Assembly (NCBI GenBank): GCA_946624925.1
Contig: CAMOSO010000021.1
Coordinates: 30-64,029 of the forward strand
DNA from: an uncultured Bacteroidales bacterium
GTDB lineage: Bacteria > Bacteroidota > Bacteroidia > Bacteroidales > UBA3824
Direction of reading: 5' to 3'
Length of the DNA: 64,000 nt
The translations under genes and the position numbers were made by a program. Of this stretch, positions 27,099 through 35,834 are shown piece after piece (the first letter of the stretch is position 1; each line of letters opens with the position of its first letter). The notes beneath the pieces were generated by a model. That model worked only from the letters and a program-made list of their open reading frames with translations. It had not been told where the DNA came from and did not search any database.

Positions 27099-27873
27099 TC
27101 TTAGCGAGTGCAGCGTCCTTTTCGAGGATTTCTTTGGCGAGGTTGAGATAATTGACCGCGCCGCTCGATGTGGCGTCGTACTCAATTACAGGCTTGCCGT
27201 AAGACGGAGCCTCTGAGAGACGGATATTCCTCAATATCAATGTCTTGAACACCATATCTTGGAAGTGTTGGCGCACCTGGTCCACCACTTGGTTGGAGAG
27301 GCGGAGGCGGCTGTCGTACATCGTGAGGAGGAATCCTTCGGTTTGGAGGTCGGGATTGAGCCTTGCCTGAATCATCTTGACGGTGTTGAGGAGTTTGCCA
27401 AGACCTTCGAGCGCAAAGTATTCGCACTGCACGGGAATGATGACAGCGTCGGCTGCGGTGAGGGCGTTGACGGTGAGAAGACCCAACGACGGCGAACAGT
27501 CGATGATGATGTAGTCGTACATATCGCGCACCTTGGAGATGAACGATTTGAGCCTGTACTCGCGCGATTCTACGTTAAGGAGTTCAATCTCCGCACCCAC
27601 GAGGTCGATGTGCGATGGAACGATGTCGAGGCCGTCGGTGCCGGTTTTGAGAATGATGTCCTTGGGTTCCACGTCGTCGGTGAGGGCGTCGTAGATGCTC
27701 TTTTCGATGGACTTCAACTCAAATCCAAGGCCGGAAGTACAGTTGGCCTGCGGATCGGCGTCGATGAGCAATATCTTCTTTTCCAATATCGCGAGCGACG
27801 CGCCGAGGTTGATGGATGTTGTAGTCTTGCCAACTCCACCTTTTTGGTTGGCTATTGCAAATACTCTTGACAT
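27091..27873 (-). CDS. parA: Chromosome partitioning ATPase ParA/Soj
   Basis: Deviant Walker A NQKGGVGKTTTSINLG; IIDCSPSLG; 260 aa; upstream of parB. Confidence 0.95.
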   Translation of the reverse strand: MSRVFAIANQKGGVGKTTTSINLGASLAILEKKILLIDADPQANCTSGLGFELKSIEKSIYDALTDDVEPKDIILKTGTDGLDIVPSHIDLVGAEIELLNVESREYRLKSFISKVRDMYDYIIIDCSPSLGLLTVNALTAADAVIIPVQCEYFALEGLGKLLNTVKMIQARLNPDLQTEGFLLTMYDSRLRLSNQVVDQVRQHFQDMVFKTLILRNIRLSEAPSYGKPVIEYDATSSGAVNYLNLAKEILEKDAALAKKN

Positions 27874-28109
27874 ATTATTTAGTATAATGTATTTCTAATC
27901 ATATTGCGCCCGAATCCTACAATGATTCTTTCAGCGTACAAAGGTAATAACATTTTGCGAAAAACTTGCATTGTTTCACGGAAATTTTATGTTGCCTTAA
28001 CGTGAAAAATGTAAGATACAGCGGTTATCAACATAGTAAATGTCTGAATGACAGATTGTTGATGAAAATGCAAAAAAATTTGAGGGGTGTGTTAAAAGGG
28101 ATAGATTAT

Positions 28110-28140
28110 TTTGTTTAATCACTATTTTGATGTATATTTG
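28110..28140 (+). promoter_or_regulatory. Bacteroidetes-type promoter for the MNT/HEPN pair
   Basis: TTTG at 28110-28113, 19-nt spacer, TATATTTG at 28133-28140, 34 nt before the ATG at 28175. Confidence 0.4.
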
Positions 28141-28174
28141 CGGTCGTTATGATAATTATCACAATTACTCAACA

Positions 28175-28498
28175 ATGAAAGACCAACTTACGATAGAAAA
28201 ACTGCGCGAATTTGCAAGCAAGACAATGGAGCCGGGCAGCAAGGTTTGGCTCTACGGCTCACGTGCGCGTGGCGACTACCGCCCAAATTCTGATTGGGAT
28301 CTCCTTGTACTTATCGACAGGGACAAGGTGAGCGACGACGATTTTGACAAATTTGCCTATTCGTTTATTTATTACGGATGGCTAAACGAAGCCGACGTCA
28401 GCCCGCACATCTACACCTTCAAGGATTGGGAAATGCGGAGGATAACTCCATACTATCAAAATGTTCAACAAGATAAAAAGGTAATATATGGGACTTAG
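28175..28498 (+). CDS. Minimal nucleotidyltransferase (MNT) of an MNT/HEPN toxin-antitoxin pair
   Basis: WLYGSRARGDYRPNSDWDLLVL = GS-x(n)-D-x-D Pol-beta nucleotidyltransferase motif; overlaps the HEPN ORF by 11 nt. Confidence 0.8.
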   Translation: MKDQLTIEKLREFASKTMEPGSKVWLYGSRARGDYRPNSDWDLLVLIDRDKVSDDDFDKFAYSFIYYGWLNEADVSPHIYTFKDWEMRRITPYYQNVQQDKKVIYGT

Positions 28499-28886
28499 AG
28501 ATATTGACAGGGAAACGCTCGTAAAGATGTATTGGGAGCGTTGTGAAGAGGCATTTACCGATGCTGATGCAGCAATTGCGTCAGAACGTTGGAACAATGC
28601 TGCAAACAGGATTTATTATGCCGTATTCTACGCTGTTTGCTCATTGTTCGTAAAGGACGGGCATCCCATCAAATCACACCGTGGAGCAAAAAATATCCTT
28701 GGTCTCAATTATGTTGTTACGGGCAAAATTGATCCTGAAACCTCCAAAATATTCTCACAATTGGAGACTTTGCGAGATTTGGCGGATTACGATGTTGCGT
28801 TTTTGGCTACAAAAGAGGAGGTAATGGATTACCGCCCAAAGGCGGATGCTTTCATTGCGGCGGTGAAGGGGTTGATGAAGGAATAA
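28488..28886 (+). CDS. HEPN domain protein, partner of the MNT
   Basis: 132 aa all-helical; NRIYYAVFYAV...SHRG segment resembles the HEPN R-x4-H region; gene order and overlap are typical of type VII TA pairs. Confidence 0.75.
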   Translation: MGLRDIDRETLVKMYWERCEEAFTDADAAIASERWNNAANRIYYAVFYAVCSLFVKDGHPIKSHRGAKNILGLNYVVTGKIDPETSKIFSQLETLRDLADYDVAFLATKEEVMDYRPKADAFIAAVKGLMKE

Positions 28887-28894
28887 TTGTTAAA

Positions 28895-28911
28895 GCGGGC
28901 TGGCAGCCCGC
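28895..28911. terminator. GC hairpin between convergent genes
   Basis: gcgggc-tggca-gcccgc located between the HEPN stop (28886) and the minus-strand stop (28923). Confidence 0.45.
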
Positions 28912-28922
28912 ACTCCAAAATA

Positions 28923-29549
28923 TCAAAACTTGAACCCAACTCCTATCACGGTAAGCGTATTATAATCAAACTTTACATTGTTTTTTTGGCTGACGTTGTA
29001 ATCGAAGCGGCTGACGCCTATTGTGAGCGACAATGAATGTCCGCTGTCCCGCATTTTGTAACTGATGCCAAGGTTGGCACTCTTGAAACTTGTGCCGCGC
29101 TCGTTCAATGCCTTTGCAATCTTAAACTGTAACAATGGCGACAGCTTCTTTTGTGGCAAAACGGTGTAGCGCAAAACCATCCCTATATTGAGATACATCT
29201 TGTCAACGCCGTATTTGTCATAGACTGTAACGGTCATTGTCTTGCCGGTCTCCTTGCCCGTTGGCACTTCCTCGTCGTGGGTCTCCTCCTCACGAAATGC
29301 ATACAACCCATAAAATCCCGCGCCATAATAAAGATGGTCATTGGCAAAATTGACGCCGCCCGCCACGCCAAAATTATACATATTGATGTCGCCGATTGAG
29401 GTCTCCGCATCCATCATCACGCGCCACGAGACCGCCGACGGCTGTATGGTGTCATTGAAGTCGTCGGCGTTATCATCGCCGTCATTGCTCTGCGCAACAG
29501 CGGCGAGAGGAAGGAGAAGGATTGATAATATGTAGAAAAAGTGTCGCAT
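28923..29549 (-). CDS. Small outer-membrane beta-barrel protein
   Basis: Signal peptide MRHFFYILSILLLPLAAVAQ; alternating hydrophobic pattern; C-terminal GVGFKF. Confidence 0.55.
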   Translation of the reverse strand: MRHFFYILSILLLPLAAVAQSNDGDDNADDFNDTIQPSAVSWRVMMDAETSIGDINMYNFGVAGGVNFANDHLYYGAGFYGLYAFREEETHDEEVPTGKETGKTMTVTVYDKYGVDKMYLNIGMVLRYTVLPQKKLSPLLQFKIAKALNERGTSFKSANLGISYKMRDSGHSLSLTIGVSRFDYNVSQKNNVKFDYNTLTVIGVGFKF

Positions 29550-29564
29550 AGTATATGTGCGGGG

Positions 29565-30893
29565 TTACTTCAACAAATATTTCCACGCTGGGACGACGTT
29601 GATTGTCTTGCCGTCAGCGGTGATTGTGCGCTCGTCATCGTCGGTTATGATGAAAAGATTTTCACAACCGGTGGCGACAGCGGCATCTGTCAGGCCGTGT
29701 ACTTCACGCTCAAAAGTCTGCGGGTTGGATATGTACCACGAAACCTGAATCAGGCTGTCAACGCAATCGCCCTTGCGAACAAGAAAATCGCACTCGGTCT
29801 TGTCCTTGTAGTAACAAACCTTGCCGTCAACACCCTTGGTACGGTAAAGGTGGAGGAATACTGTGTTTTCAAGATTTTTGCCGTAGTCGTCGCTCTGTGG
29901 CATCATCACCGCGCCGCGCAGACCATTGTCAATGCAATAGTACTTGAAAAGAGAATTTTCCTCCTTGACCATCGAATATTCAAATTTTGGCACCTTTATA
30001 AACATAAACACCGCACAGACATAGTTTGCCCATAGGTAAAGTTCATCTTTTGAAATCTTAAGCCCCTGCGACTTTATGTCGTTGAAAATAGAATTGATAG
30101 AAGTAGGCTTGGTGATGTTGTTCATTATGCGCTTTACAAAATAACGGGCGACATTGGTGTTTGTGATGCTGTAATGCTCCGCCAAATCTTTGAGCAACAT
30201 CGTATTAAAATAAGCATTAAGGATTTTCAGCCTTTCGCTTTCAGTGGCAGCCAATGCAACTTCCGGGAAACCGCCCTTGGCATTAAAATCCCTGAACGTA
30301 TTGCGCAAAACTGCCTGTTCACTCTCCAAATAGGTGTCGGTTTTGATACCTTTGAAGCGGCAGTATTCGTTGAACGAAAGCGGAAGTGTTTCGTATTCAA
30401 GCGGATAGCCGCGCAAAGCGGTTGTCAACTCGGTGGAAAGCATCGTGGCATTGCTGCCGCATACATAAATATTTTTGCAATAGTTTTTGTAAACGCGCAA
30501 CACAAAATATTCCCAATCCTTCACCAACTGTATCTCGTCGAAAAACATATAAACGTCCTTCAAAGCTATATCTGGAAACATTTCCAAATACGCCTTCAAA
30601 ATCTCGTCGAGGTTTTCGGTGCATACGCTGCGCAACCTTTCGTCGTCAAAGCCCAACCAAAGGATACGTTTTTTGTCAACGCCTTTTTCTATCAGGCGGT
30701 TGACTGTTATTTCCATCATCGACGACTTGCCGCAACGCCTCACTCCTGGAATCGTTATGATTTTCTTCCTGTCCAACGGCAGAAGTTCGTCCCTGCCGAT
30801 TACGTCAAATGGCATTTCAGCCTGTCTGAGGGCAATAATTGTCTTAAAAACTTCCTTCATATTCATAATATTGAAAATTGTTTTGCACCGCAA
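29565..30893 (-). CDS. AAA-type ATPase with DUF4143-like (PD-(D/E)xK-fold) C-terminal domain
   Basis: Walker A GVRRCGKSS, Walker B YMFFDEIQ, C-terminal ECDFLV...IQVSW. The start may be an internal ATG (30866 or 30860). Confidence 0.8.
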   Translation of the reverse strand: MRCKTIFNIMNMKEVFKTIIALRQAEMPFDVIGRDELLPLDRKKIITIPGVRRCGKSSMMEITVNRLIEKGVDKKRILWLGFDDERLRSVCTENLDEILKAYLEMFPDIALKDVYMFFDEIQLVKDWEYFVLRVYKNYCKNIYVCGSNATMLSTELTTALRGYPLEYETLPLSFNEYCRFKGIKTDTYLESEQAVLRNTFRDFNAKGGFPEVALAATESERLKILNAYFNTMLLKDLAEHYSITNTNVARYFVKRIMNNITKPTSINSIFNDIKSQGLKISKDELYLWANYVCAVFMFIKVPKFEYSMVKEENSLFKYYCIDNGLRGAVMMPQSDDYGKNLENTVFLHLYRTKGVDGKVCYYKDKTECDFLVRKGDCVDSLIQVSWYISNPQTFEREVHGLTDAAVATGCENLFIITDDDERTITADGKTINVVPAWKYLLK

Positions 30894-30898
30894 AGATA

Positions 30899-30993
30899 AA
30901 AAGTTTCCTTAAAAAAAGGAAACTTTTTGAAAATCTTTCCTTCAAAAAAGGAAACATTTTCAAAATCTTTCCTTCAAAAAAGGAAACTTTTCC
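30899..30993. terminator. Three tandem 'tttcctt-A6-aaggaaa' hairpins downstream of the 31007-39906 operon
   Basis: aaaagtttccttaaaaaaaggaaactttt, then two copies of aaaatctttccttcaaaaaaggaaac; each is T-rich after the stem on the minus strand. Confidence 0.6.
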
Positions 30994-31006
30994 AAAAAAA
31001 AATTAC

Positions 31007-32479
31007 CTACAACATCTGCACCAACCTTCCCGCACAACCTTCGCCGTAACCGAGCCTTTCCTCGTGTACTTCGCCATAAAAAGTTATAAAAACACCGCGA
31101 TACCAGCCGTCGCTCGGGGCTGAACGTGTCCAATACCAACCGCCCGGGTATGAATTGTCAACGAGTTCGAGGTAGCGGTATGGAGCGTCGGGCAGAAATA
31201 CTGCGCCGGCCTGTTCCATACGAGCCCAGTCGTCAACAGTATAGACGTTCATAATTTCTTTCGGGTCGTCGAAATCGAACATTTCAAAGGGACGAAAATC
31301 CAAACCTTCGGGCAACGTAAACTCGTCGGGCAATATCACAAGCCCCTTACATTCGCCCACAATTTGCGCACTGCCAAATTTCTTGTCGGCATCCTTGCGC
31401 CTCTGCAACAGGTACGTCCATTCAGATTTCAACAGAACCGTCCATTCGGGACCAATGGCACAAGTGCCTGCAAGTTCGGCATCATCTATAAACAACGGTG
31501 GATAATCAAACTCATCTTCGGTAGTCTGATACGGCAATCCACCATCTTCGAACCAAGTGCCCACGCCAAAATTATCAATGCAAGTATTGTACAAACTCCA
31601 CGTCGAAAAATTGACGCCCACATCATCCACATTTACAAAACGTCCGTACTGCGAGGATGCAAAAAACCAATTTCCAAAATCGAGTTCATAACAAAGATTG
31701 CCCTTGCTGAAAAACACTTGTTTGTCCTTACCAACTGAAAAAATGCCCCTGATGCAATTGTCAGGCACACCGAAACCGCTTACCTTATAAAAATATTTGC
31801 CTTCCTGGTCGAAAGTTTCATCAAGTTGCAGATTGTCGCTTACAATCGTAGTGCCGGAGGGAATGGCAATGATAGTGCTGCCGGGCAGGTCATATTTGCA
31901 CTGCAACGCCTTGCGGGAAAGTCCGAGAGTTGCGCCGCCGTATTTGAGGTCAAAATCCACAAACACAGTCTTTTGCACAAGATTCACCGACACTCCGCTA
32001 TTGGCGTATGCAAAATCCTCACACGCCCAATATCCGTACCTCTCCAATCCCTGCGCCAACGACGACACAGCCCTCACGTCCATAAAAGGTTTGCCACCAT
32101 TATAAAGTGTGTCGGTGGAGGCGGTATTTTTCAGTGCGGCTGTCAGGCGAGTGTCGGACGTGAGAGCAACGCCAGCCCTTACCTTCAATTCACCCGAAAA
32201 AATGGCAGAGCCATTGCCCGCGCATCCGTCGCTCAATAGCACAGCGGGTTCTACGAGGATAGAATAATTGGTAACAACCACAGCGTCGCCCTCTGCAAAA
32301 GTCTTTTTCAAATCAACGCCATCCGCCTCATCGTTGCCCGGCACGATAGTCGCAGTCAATGAAAACGGTATAACATAATATTCAGGACAATCCACCGCGT
32401 CGGGGTCGTTGTCGTCGTAGCCGCAGGATGGCGAGAGGAGCGTCAACAACAAAATTAATATGTTGAAATATTTTTTCAT
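31007..32479 (-). CDS. Surface lipoprotein with FISUMP/DUF1566-like (C-type-lectin-fold) C-terminal domain
   Basis: Lipobox LLTLLSPSCG from the ATG at 32479; GIFSVGKDKQVFFSKGNLCY, PEWTVLLKSEWTYLL and AGAVFLPDAPYRY...GGWYWTRS resemble the FSxGNLQY / EW..L / LPAAGYR / YWSS motifs of that family. Confidence 0.55.
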   Translation of the reverse strand: MKKYFNILILLLTLLSPSCGYDDNDPDAVDCPEYYVIPFSLTATIVPGNDEADGVDLKKTFAEGDAVVVTNYSILVEPAVLLSDGCAGNGSAIFSGELKVRAGVALTSDTRLTAALKNTASTDTLYNGGKPFMDVRAVSSLAQGLERYGYWACEDFAYANSGVSVNLVQKTVFVDFDLKYGGATLGLSRKALQCKYDLPGSTIIAIPSGTTIVSDNLQLDETFDQEGKYFYKVSGFGVPDNCIRGIFSVGKDKQVFFSKGNLCYELDFGNWFFASSQYGRFVNVDDVGVNFSTWSLYNTCIDNFGVGTWFEDGGLPYQTTEDEFDYPPLFIDDAELAGTCAIGPEWTVLLKSEWTYLLQRRKDADKKFGSAQIVGECKGLVILPDEFTLPEGLDFRPFEMFDFDDPKEIMNVYTVDDWARMEQAGAVFLPDAPYRYLELVDNSYPGGWYWTRSAPSDGWYRGVFITFYGEVHEERLGYGEGCAGRLVQML

Positions 32480-32492
32480 AATCGGTGCTGTT

Positions 32493-33575
32493 TTAGTTTT
32501 CAATGTTGAGTTTGCTCAGGTCGTCGGTGTGGTAGATTACGAGTTGAGGCTCATCAGATTCATAATTTTCACGACGGGCAGCATATACGTCATATTCGCC
32601 GTTTGGGTCGGGCGACACATAGATTGGTATCAGACTACAACCGTTGTAATTATCGGTGGAGATTTTCGATATTACATTGCCATTGATGTCGTCAACAATA
32701 TAAACCTCACCATAACTGCCATCTTTTGCAATTTCTTGAATGACATCTCCCGTTACAATCAACTTGCCGTCGTGGACAGTGAGATTATAAATTTCGGAAT
32801 TTTCTATCTCGGCGGAGTAGATTATGCGTCCGTCGGTGGACATCTTCAAGACCGACCATTTCTCTATAAAATCAAACTCTGTATCGGGATTCGCAATGCC
32901 GCCCCTAACTATTACATAAAGATAGCCGTCGATATATCGGACAGTGTCAATCATACCTTCCAACTCGCCCTTGCCCAACTCATTGCCGTCGGCGTCATAG
33001 ATGCCAAAAAGGTTGTCGTTGAACGCAAAACATTTGTCATCGAAAGGCTGCACACGCACCCAATCGCTGTTTTTAATGACATACGGGAAATTGCTGCCAA
33101 GAGTGTGCAATACCATTTCGTTGTTCTCATTCCAATTTACATAACCTATATCGCCATTGTCGAGCAATAGAGGCTCATTGACACCGACCTCGTCATCGTC
33201 AACAATCTCACTATTGACTGTTACATTGCCGAGCCTGTCGAACTTGACAACCGTTTCCCGACATTTCGTTTCCCGATATGCCACAAGACATTCGCCCGAC
33301 GTATTGACTTGAAAATAACTGCACTCCATAACGGCTGCCAATTCAGAATACGCCACAATGCCATCGCGCATCACTTTTGCAATCTTGACACCATCGCTTT
33401 CTGATACGGGCAAAACCACAGTACCATCTGACATCGGTTTTACTAACGAAATGCTGCGGATATGCAGACCCGGCACTCTGACGGGCATACGGTGCGGGTC
33501 GGAATACGTGGTATCGTCGCAGCCAATAAGCGACATCACCAAAACAATTGTCAATATATGTATGAATGTTTTCAT
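32493..33575 (-). CDS. Lipoprotein with repeated beta-strand (propeller-like) modules
   Basis: Lipobox LVMSLIGCDD from the ATG at 33575; about 8-10 recurring D/N-G-x-hydrophobic blade-like segments (DGTVVLP, DGIVAYS, NGDIGYVNW, DGNELGKG, DGRIIYSAE, DGKLIVTGD, DGSYGEVYIV). Confidence 0.5.
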   Translation of the reverse strand: MKTFIHILTIVLVMSLIGCDDTTYSDPHRMPVRVPGLHIRSISLVKPMSDGTVVLPVSESDGVKIAKVMRDGIVAYSELAAVMECSYFQVNTSGECLVAYRETKCRETVVKFDRLGNVTVNSEIVDDDEVGVNEPLLLDNGDIGYVNWNENNEMVLHTLGSNFPYVIKNSDWVRVQPFDDKCFAFNDNLFGIYDADGNELGKGELEGMIDTVRYIDGYLYVIVRGGIANPDTEFDFIEKWSVLKMSTDGRIIYSAEIENSEIYNLTVHDGKLIVTGDVIQEIAKDGSYGEVYIVDDINGNVISKISTDNYNGCSLIPIYVSPDPNGEYDVYAARRENYESDEPQLVIYHTDDLSKLNIEN

Positions 33576-33585
33576 CGTATTGTTT

Positions 33586-34632
33586 TTAGTAACCATAATG
33601 GTGTTTAGCGATTGTGGTGTATTGGAGGTTGACCTCTACGCCGATTTTTGCGTTGTACTCCAACATACTGAACACGTCGCGGATGTAAAGATTCTTGTAC
33701 ATAAGCGTCAAGTCGTCAAATTTTTTGTCGGGGTCGTTGTAAGGCTTGATGTCATACGACACTCCAAAATCAACGAAAAAAGTAATCCGACGATGGTTGT
33801 AATTGAGCCTTGCGCCGCCGAGTACGGAATAGTTGGTGCGGTTTTTATAATCGGTGTCGTCCTTCTTGGCGGGGACTTCGGTGTAGGTGCCGATGGCGTC
33901 GGTGTAGGCGTTGGATTTGGTGGCAATTATGTATTTCAATTGTGCGCCGCCGTAGATAGACGGCACAAAATCGTTGCCCCACGGATACATCATCATTTCT
34001 GCAATCACCGGCAATTCAAAGACCTTGCAAGATTCGTTGTAGCGGAAAGTGGCAATTTCGGAACGTATCATTTTGCGCTCAATCTGATATTTGGCAAACG
34101 ACGGCGCAACACTTATCGAGAGCATCCTCTTAGGGCTGTACTCAAAACCAATCTGCGCCGAATAGCCATTGATGTCGTATTCGGGACTGCCAACAGTATC
34201 AACAATCTGGCGCATAGAATGAAGCACCGGGCGCACCATACGCACACCTGCCGCCATCCAAACCGAAAATTTTGGCATTGTATAATAATTGCCCAATGTA
34301 GCCCTGAATGGCTGAGGGTCGTCGGGCTTTATTTCATAAAACGGATATTTCTCAAAAAACAGCCGCGCCGCGCTGTCAGCCTCGCGACGGTAGCCAAAAT
34401 CCTTGTAGGCAGCAACGGTGAATTTGAGCCGATGGAGGTTTTCATCCTTGGTGAGAATGTGGCTGTCGCCGATTTGCTGCGAAAGCTGCAACACCTGGTC
34501 GTACTTGCCGGCGGAATACAAATCTTCAAGCCTTTGCAACTGGCTTAGCGTGTCGCCCTGCGCGTGGGCGGTCTGCACTGCCGAGATTGCAATAGTCATC
34601 ATCAAAAATATGTGTAAAAATCCTTTCATCAT
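33586..34632 (-). CDS. Secreted protein: N-terminal helical (TPR-like) region plus predicted outer-membrane beta-barrel
   Basis: Signal peptide MKGFLHIFLMMTIAISAVQTAHA; helical region LEDLYSAGKYDQVLQLSQQI; then alternating beta pattern ending in an aromatic residue. Confidence 0.45.
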   Translation of the reverse strand: MMKGFLHIFLMMTIAISAVQTAHAQGDTLSQLQRLEDLYSAGKYDQVLQLSQQIGDSHILTKDENLHRLKFTVAAYKDFGYRREADSAARLFFEKYPFYEIKPDDPQPFRATLGNYYTMPKFSVWMAAGVRMVRPVLHSMRQIVDTVGSPEYDINGYSAQIGFEYSPKRMLSISVAPSFAKYQIERKMIRSEIATFRYNESCKVFELPVIAEMMMYPWGNDFVPSIYGGAQLKYIIATKSNAYTDAIGTYTEVPAKKDDTDYKNRTNYSVLGGARLNYNHRRITFFVDFGVSYDIKPYNDPDKKFDDLTLMYKNLYIRDVFSMLEYNAKIGVEVNLQYTTIAKHHYGY

Positions 34633-34643
34633 CAAACAAAAAA

Positions 34644-35834
34644 CTATTTTATACAATATCCGGCAACCAAAACATCATCGAGCTGAGCCTGCGAGCCGCG
34701 CCATTTTTCAAAATGCTCATTGAGGAGCGCGTACTGCTCGGCGGCGGATTTGGTCTTGGTGTTGATATCTACTATTAGCTGGCGGAAACGGAAGTTTGTT
34801 AACTTCTGGTGGTCGTCACTAAACTGATCGGCGTATCCGTCGGAATACATATACACGTAATCGCCGCTCTGAATATCGACATCGCGATCCTCAAACGGCC
34901 TGAGCTTCGGATATATCGCAATAGGATTCTTTACCGGCTTGTATTCTGTGAGCGTAGTGCCGCGCACGTGCAACAATCCATTGTTGGCACCCGAAAACTG
35001 CATTTTGGTATTGGCGAGGTCGAGCACACACAACGCCATATCCATACCGTCGCTCTGCGTATCCACACTGAGGCTCTGTTGGAGAGTGGCGATTACCTTG
35101 CGGCGCATCTCTTCGAGGATTTGCGAGGGGCGAGTGCCGGGCGTAAATTCAACGCAAATTTCGTTGAGGAAAGCAACGCCAAGCATACTCATAAACGCGC
35201 CCGGCACGCCGTGTCCGGTGCAGTCTGCCACCGTGAAAATCACAATGTCGCCAATGCGCTTCATCCAATAAAAATCACCCGAAACTATATTCCTCGGCCT
35301 CCAAAACAGAAACACGTCGGCAAACGACTCTTTGAGGATGTATTCTGCCGGAAGGACGGCGTCCTGGATTAATTTTGCATATTCAATGCTCGATGTCACG
35401 GCGTGGTGCTGCGATTCGATTTCATTTTTGAGGGCTTGGATGTGCTGACGCTCCTTTTCGATGGCTACGCTTATGTCCCACAACACTTGGTTGCGCTCGG
35501 AGAGTTCCTGTTGCTGACCTTCGAGAGATTTCTGTTCGGCGGCGATTTTCTCCAAATCGACGGCTTGTGCTATTGATTCTGATTTTGATGGCGGCTGCGC
35601 GTCCTTGTTTCGGCGGGTCTCGTCGTCGAGGAGAGTGTTGAGTCGGCGGATTTCACTCTCACAATCGCGGATTTTGGAGGTGTATAGACCGTCCATGCGC
35701 CGCGCAGTCTTGGAGACAAACCGCCGCCGTGTCAATATCACGACTATTGCGACCACGATTGCCACCGCCGTCGTTACCATCAATATTATTTCGAGTATCG
35801 TAAAATTCATTATAGTCAGCATTAATAAAAACAT
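34644..35834 (-). CDS. Membrane-anchored PP2C/SpoIIE-family serine/threonine phosphatase with coiled coil
   Basis: N-terminal TM helix ILEIILMVTTAVAIVVAIVVIL followed by RRRF (C-terminus in the cytoplasm); coiled coil; SGDFYW...FTVADCTGHGVPGAFMSMLG, DGMDMALCV and MYSDGYADQF are SpoIIE/PP2C motifs. Confidence 0.8.
   Translation of the reverse strand: MFLLMLTIMNFTILEIILMVTTAVAIVVAIVVILTRRRFVSKTARRMDGLYTSKIRDCESEIRRLNTLLDDETRRNKDAQPPSKSESIAQAVDLEKIAAEQKSLEGQQQELSERNQVLWDISVAIEKERQHIQALKNEIESQHHAVTSSIEYAKLIQDAVLPAEYILKESFADVFLFWRPRNIVSGDFYWMKRIGDIVIFTVADCTGHGVPGAFMSMLGVAFLNEICVEFTPGTRPSQILEEMRRKVIATLQQSLSVDTQSDGMDMALCVLDLANTKMQFSGANNGLLHVRGTTLTEYKPVKNPIAIYPKLRPFEDRDVDIQSGDYVYMYSDGYADQFSDDHQKLTNFRFRQLIVDINTKTKSAAEQYALLNEHFEKWRGSQAQLDDVLVAGYCIK

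Noticed and set aside
27972-28009. parS-like half sites: tgtttcacg ... cgtgaaaaa, upstream of parA.
   Set aside because: The two halves of the TGTTTCAC-GTGAAACA consensus are separated by 20 nt rather than abutting, so this is not a canonical 16-bp parS. It could be coincidental or a degenerate site. No intact parS was seen in the window.
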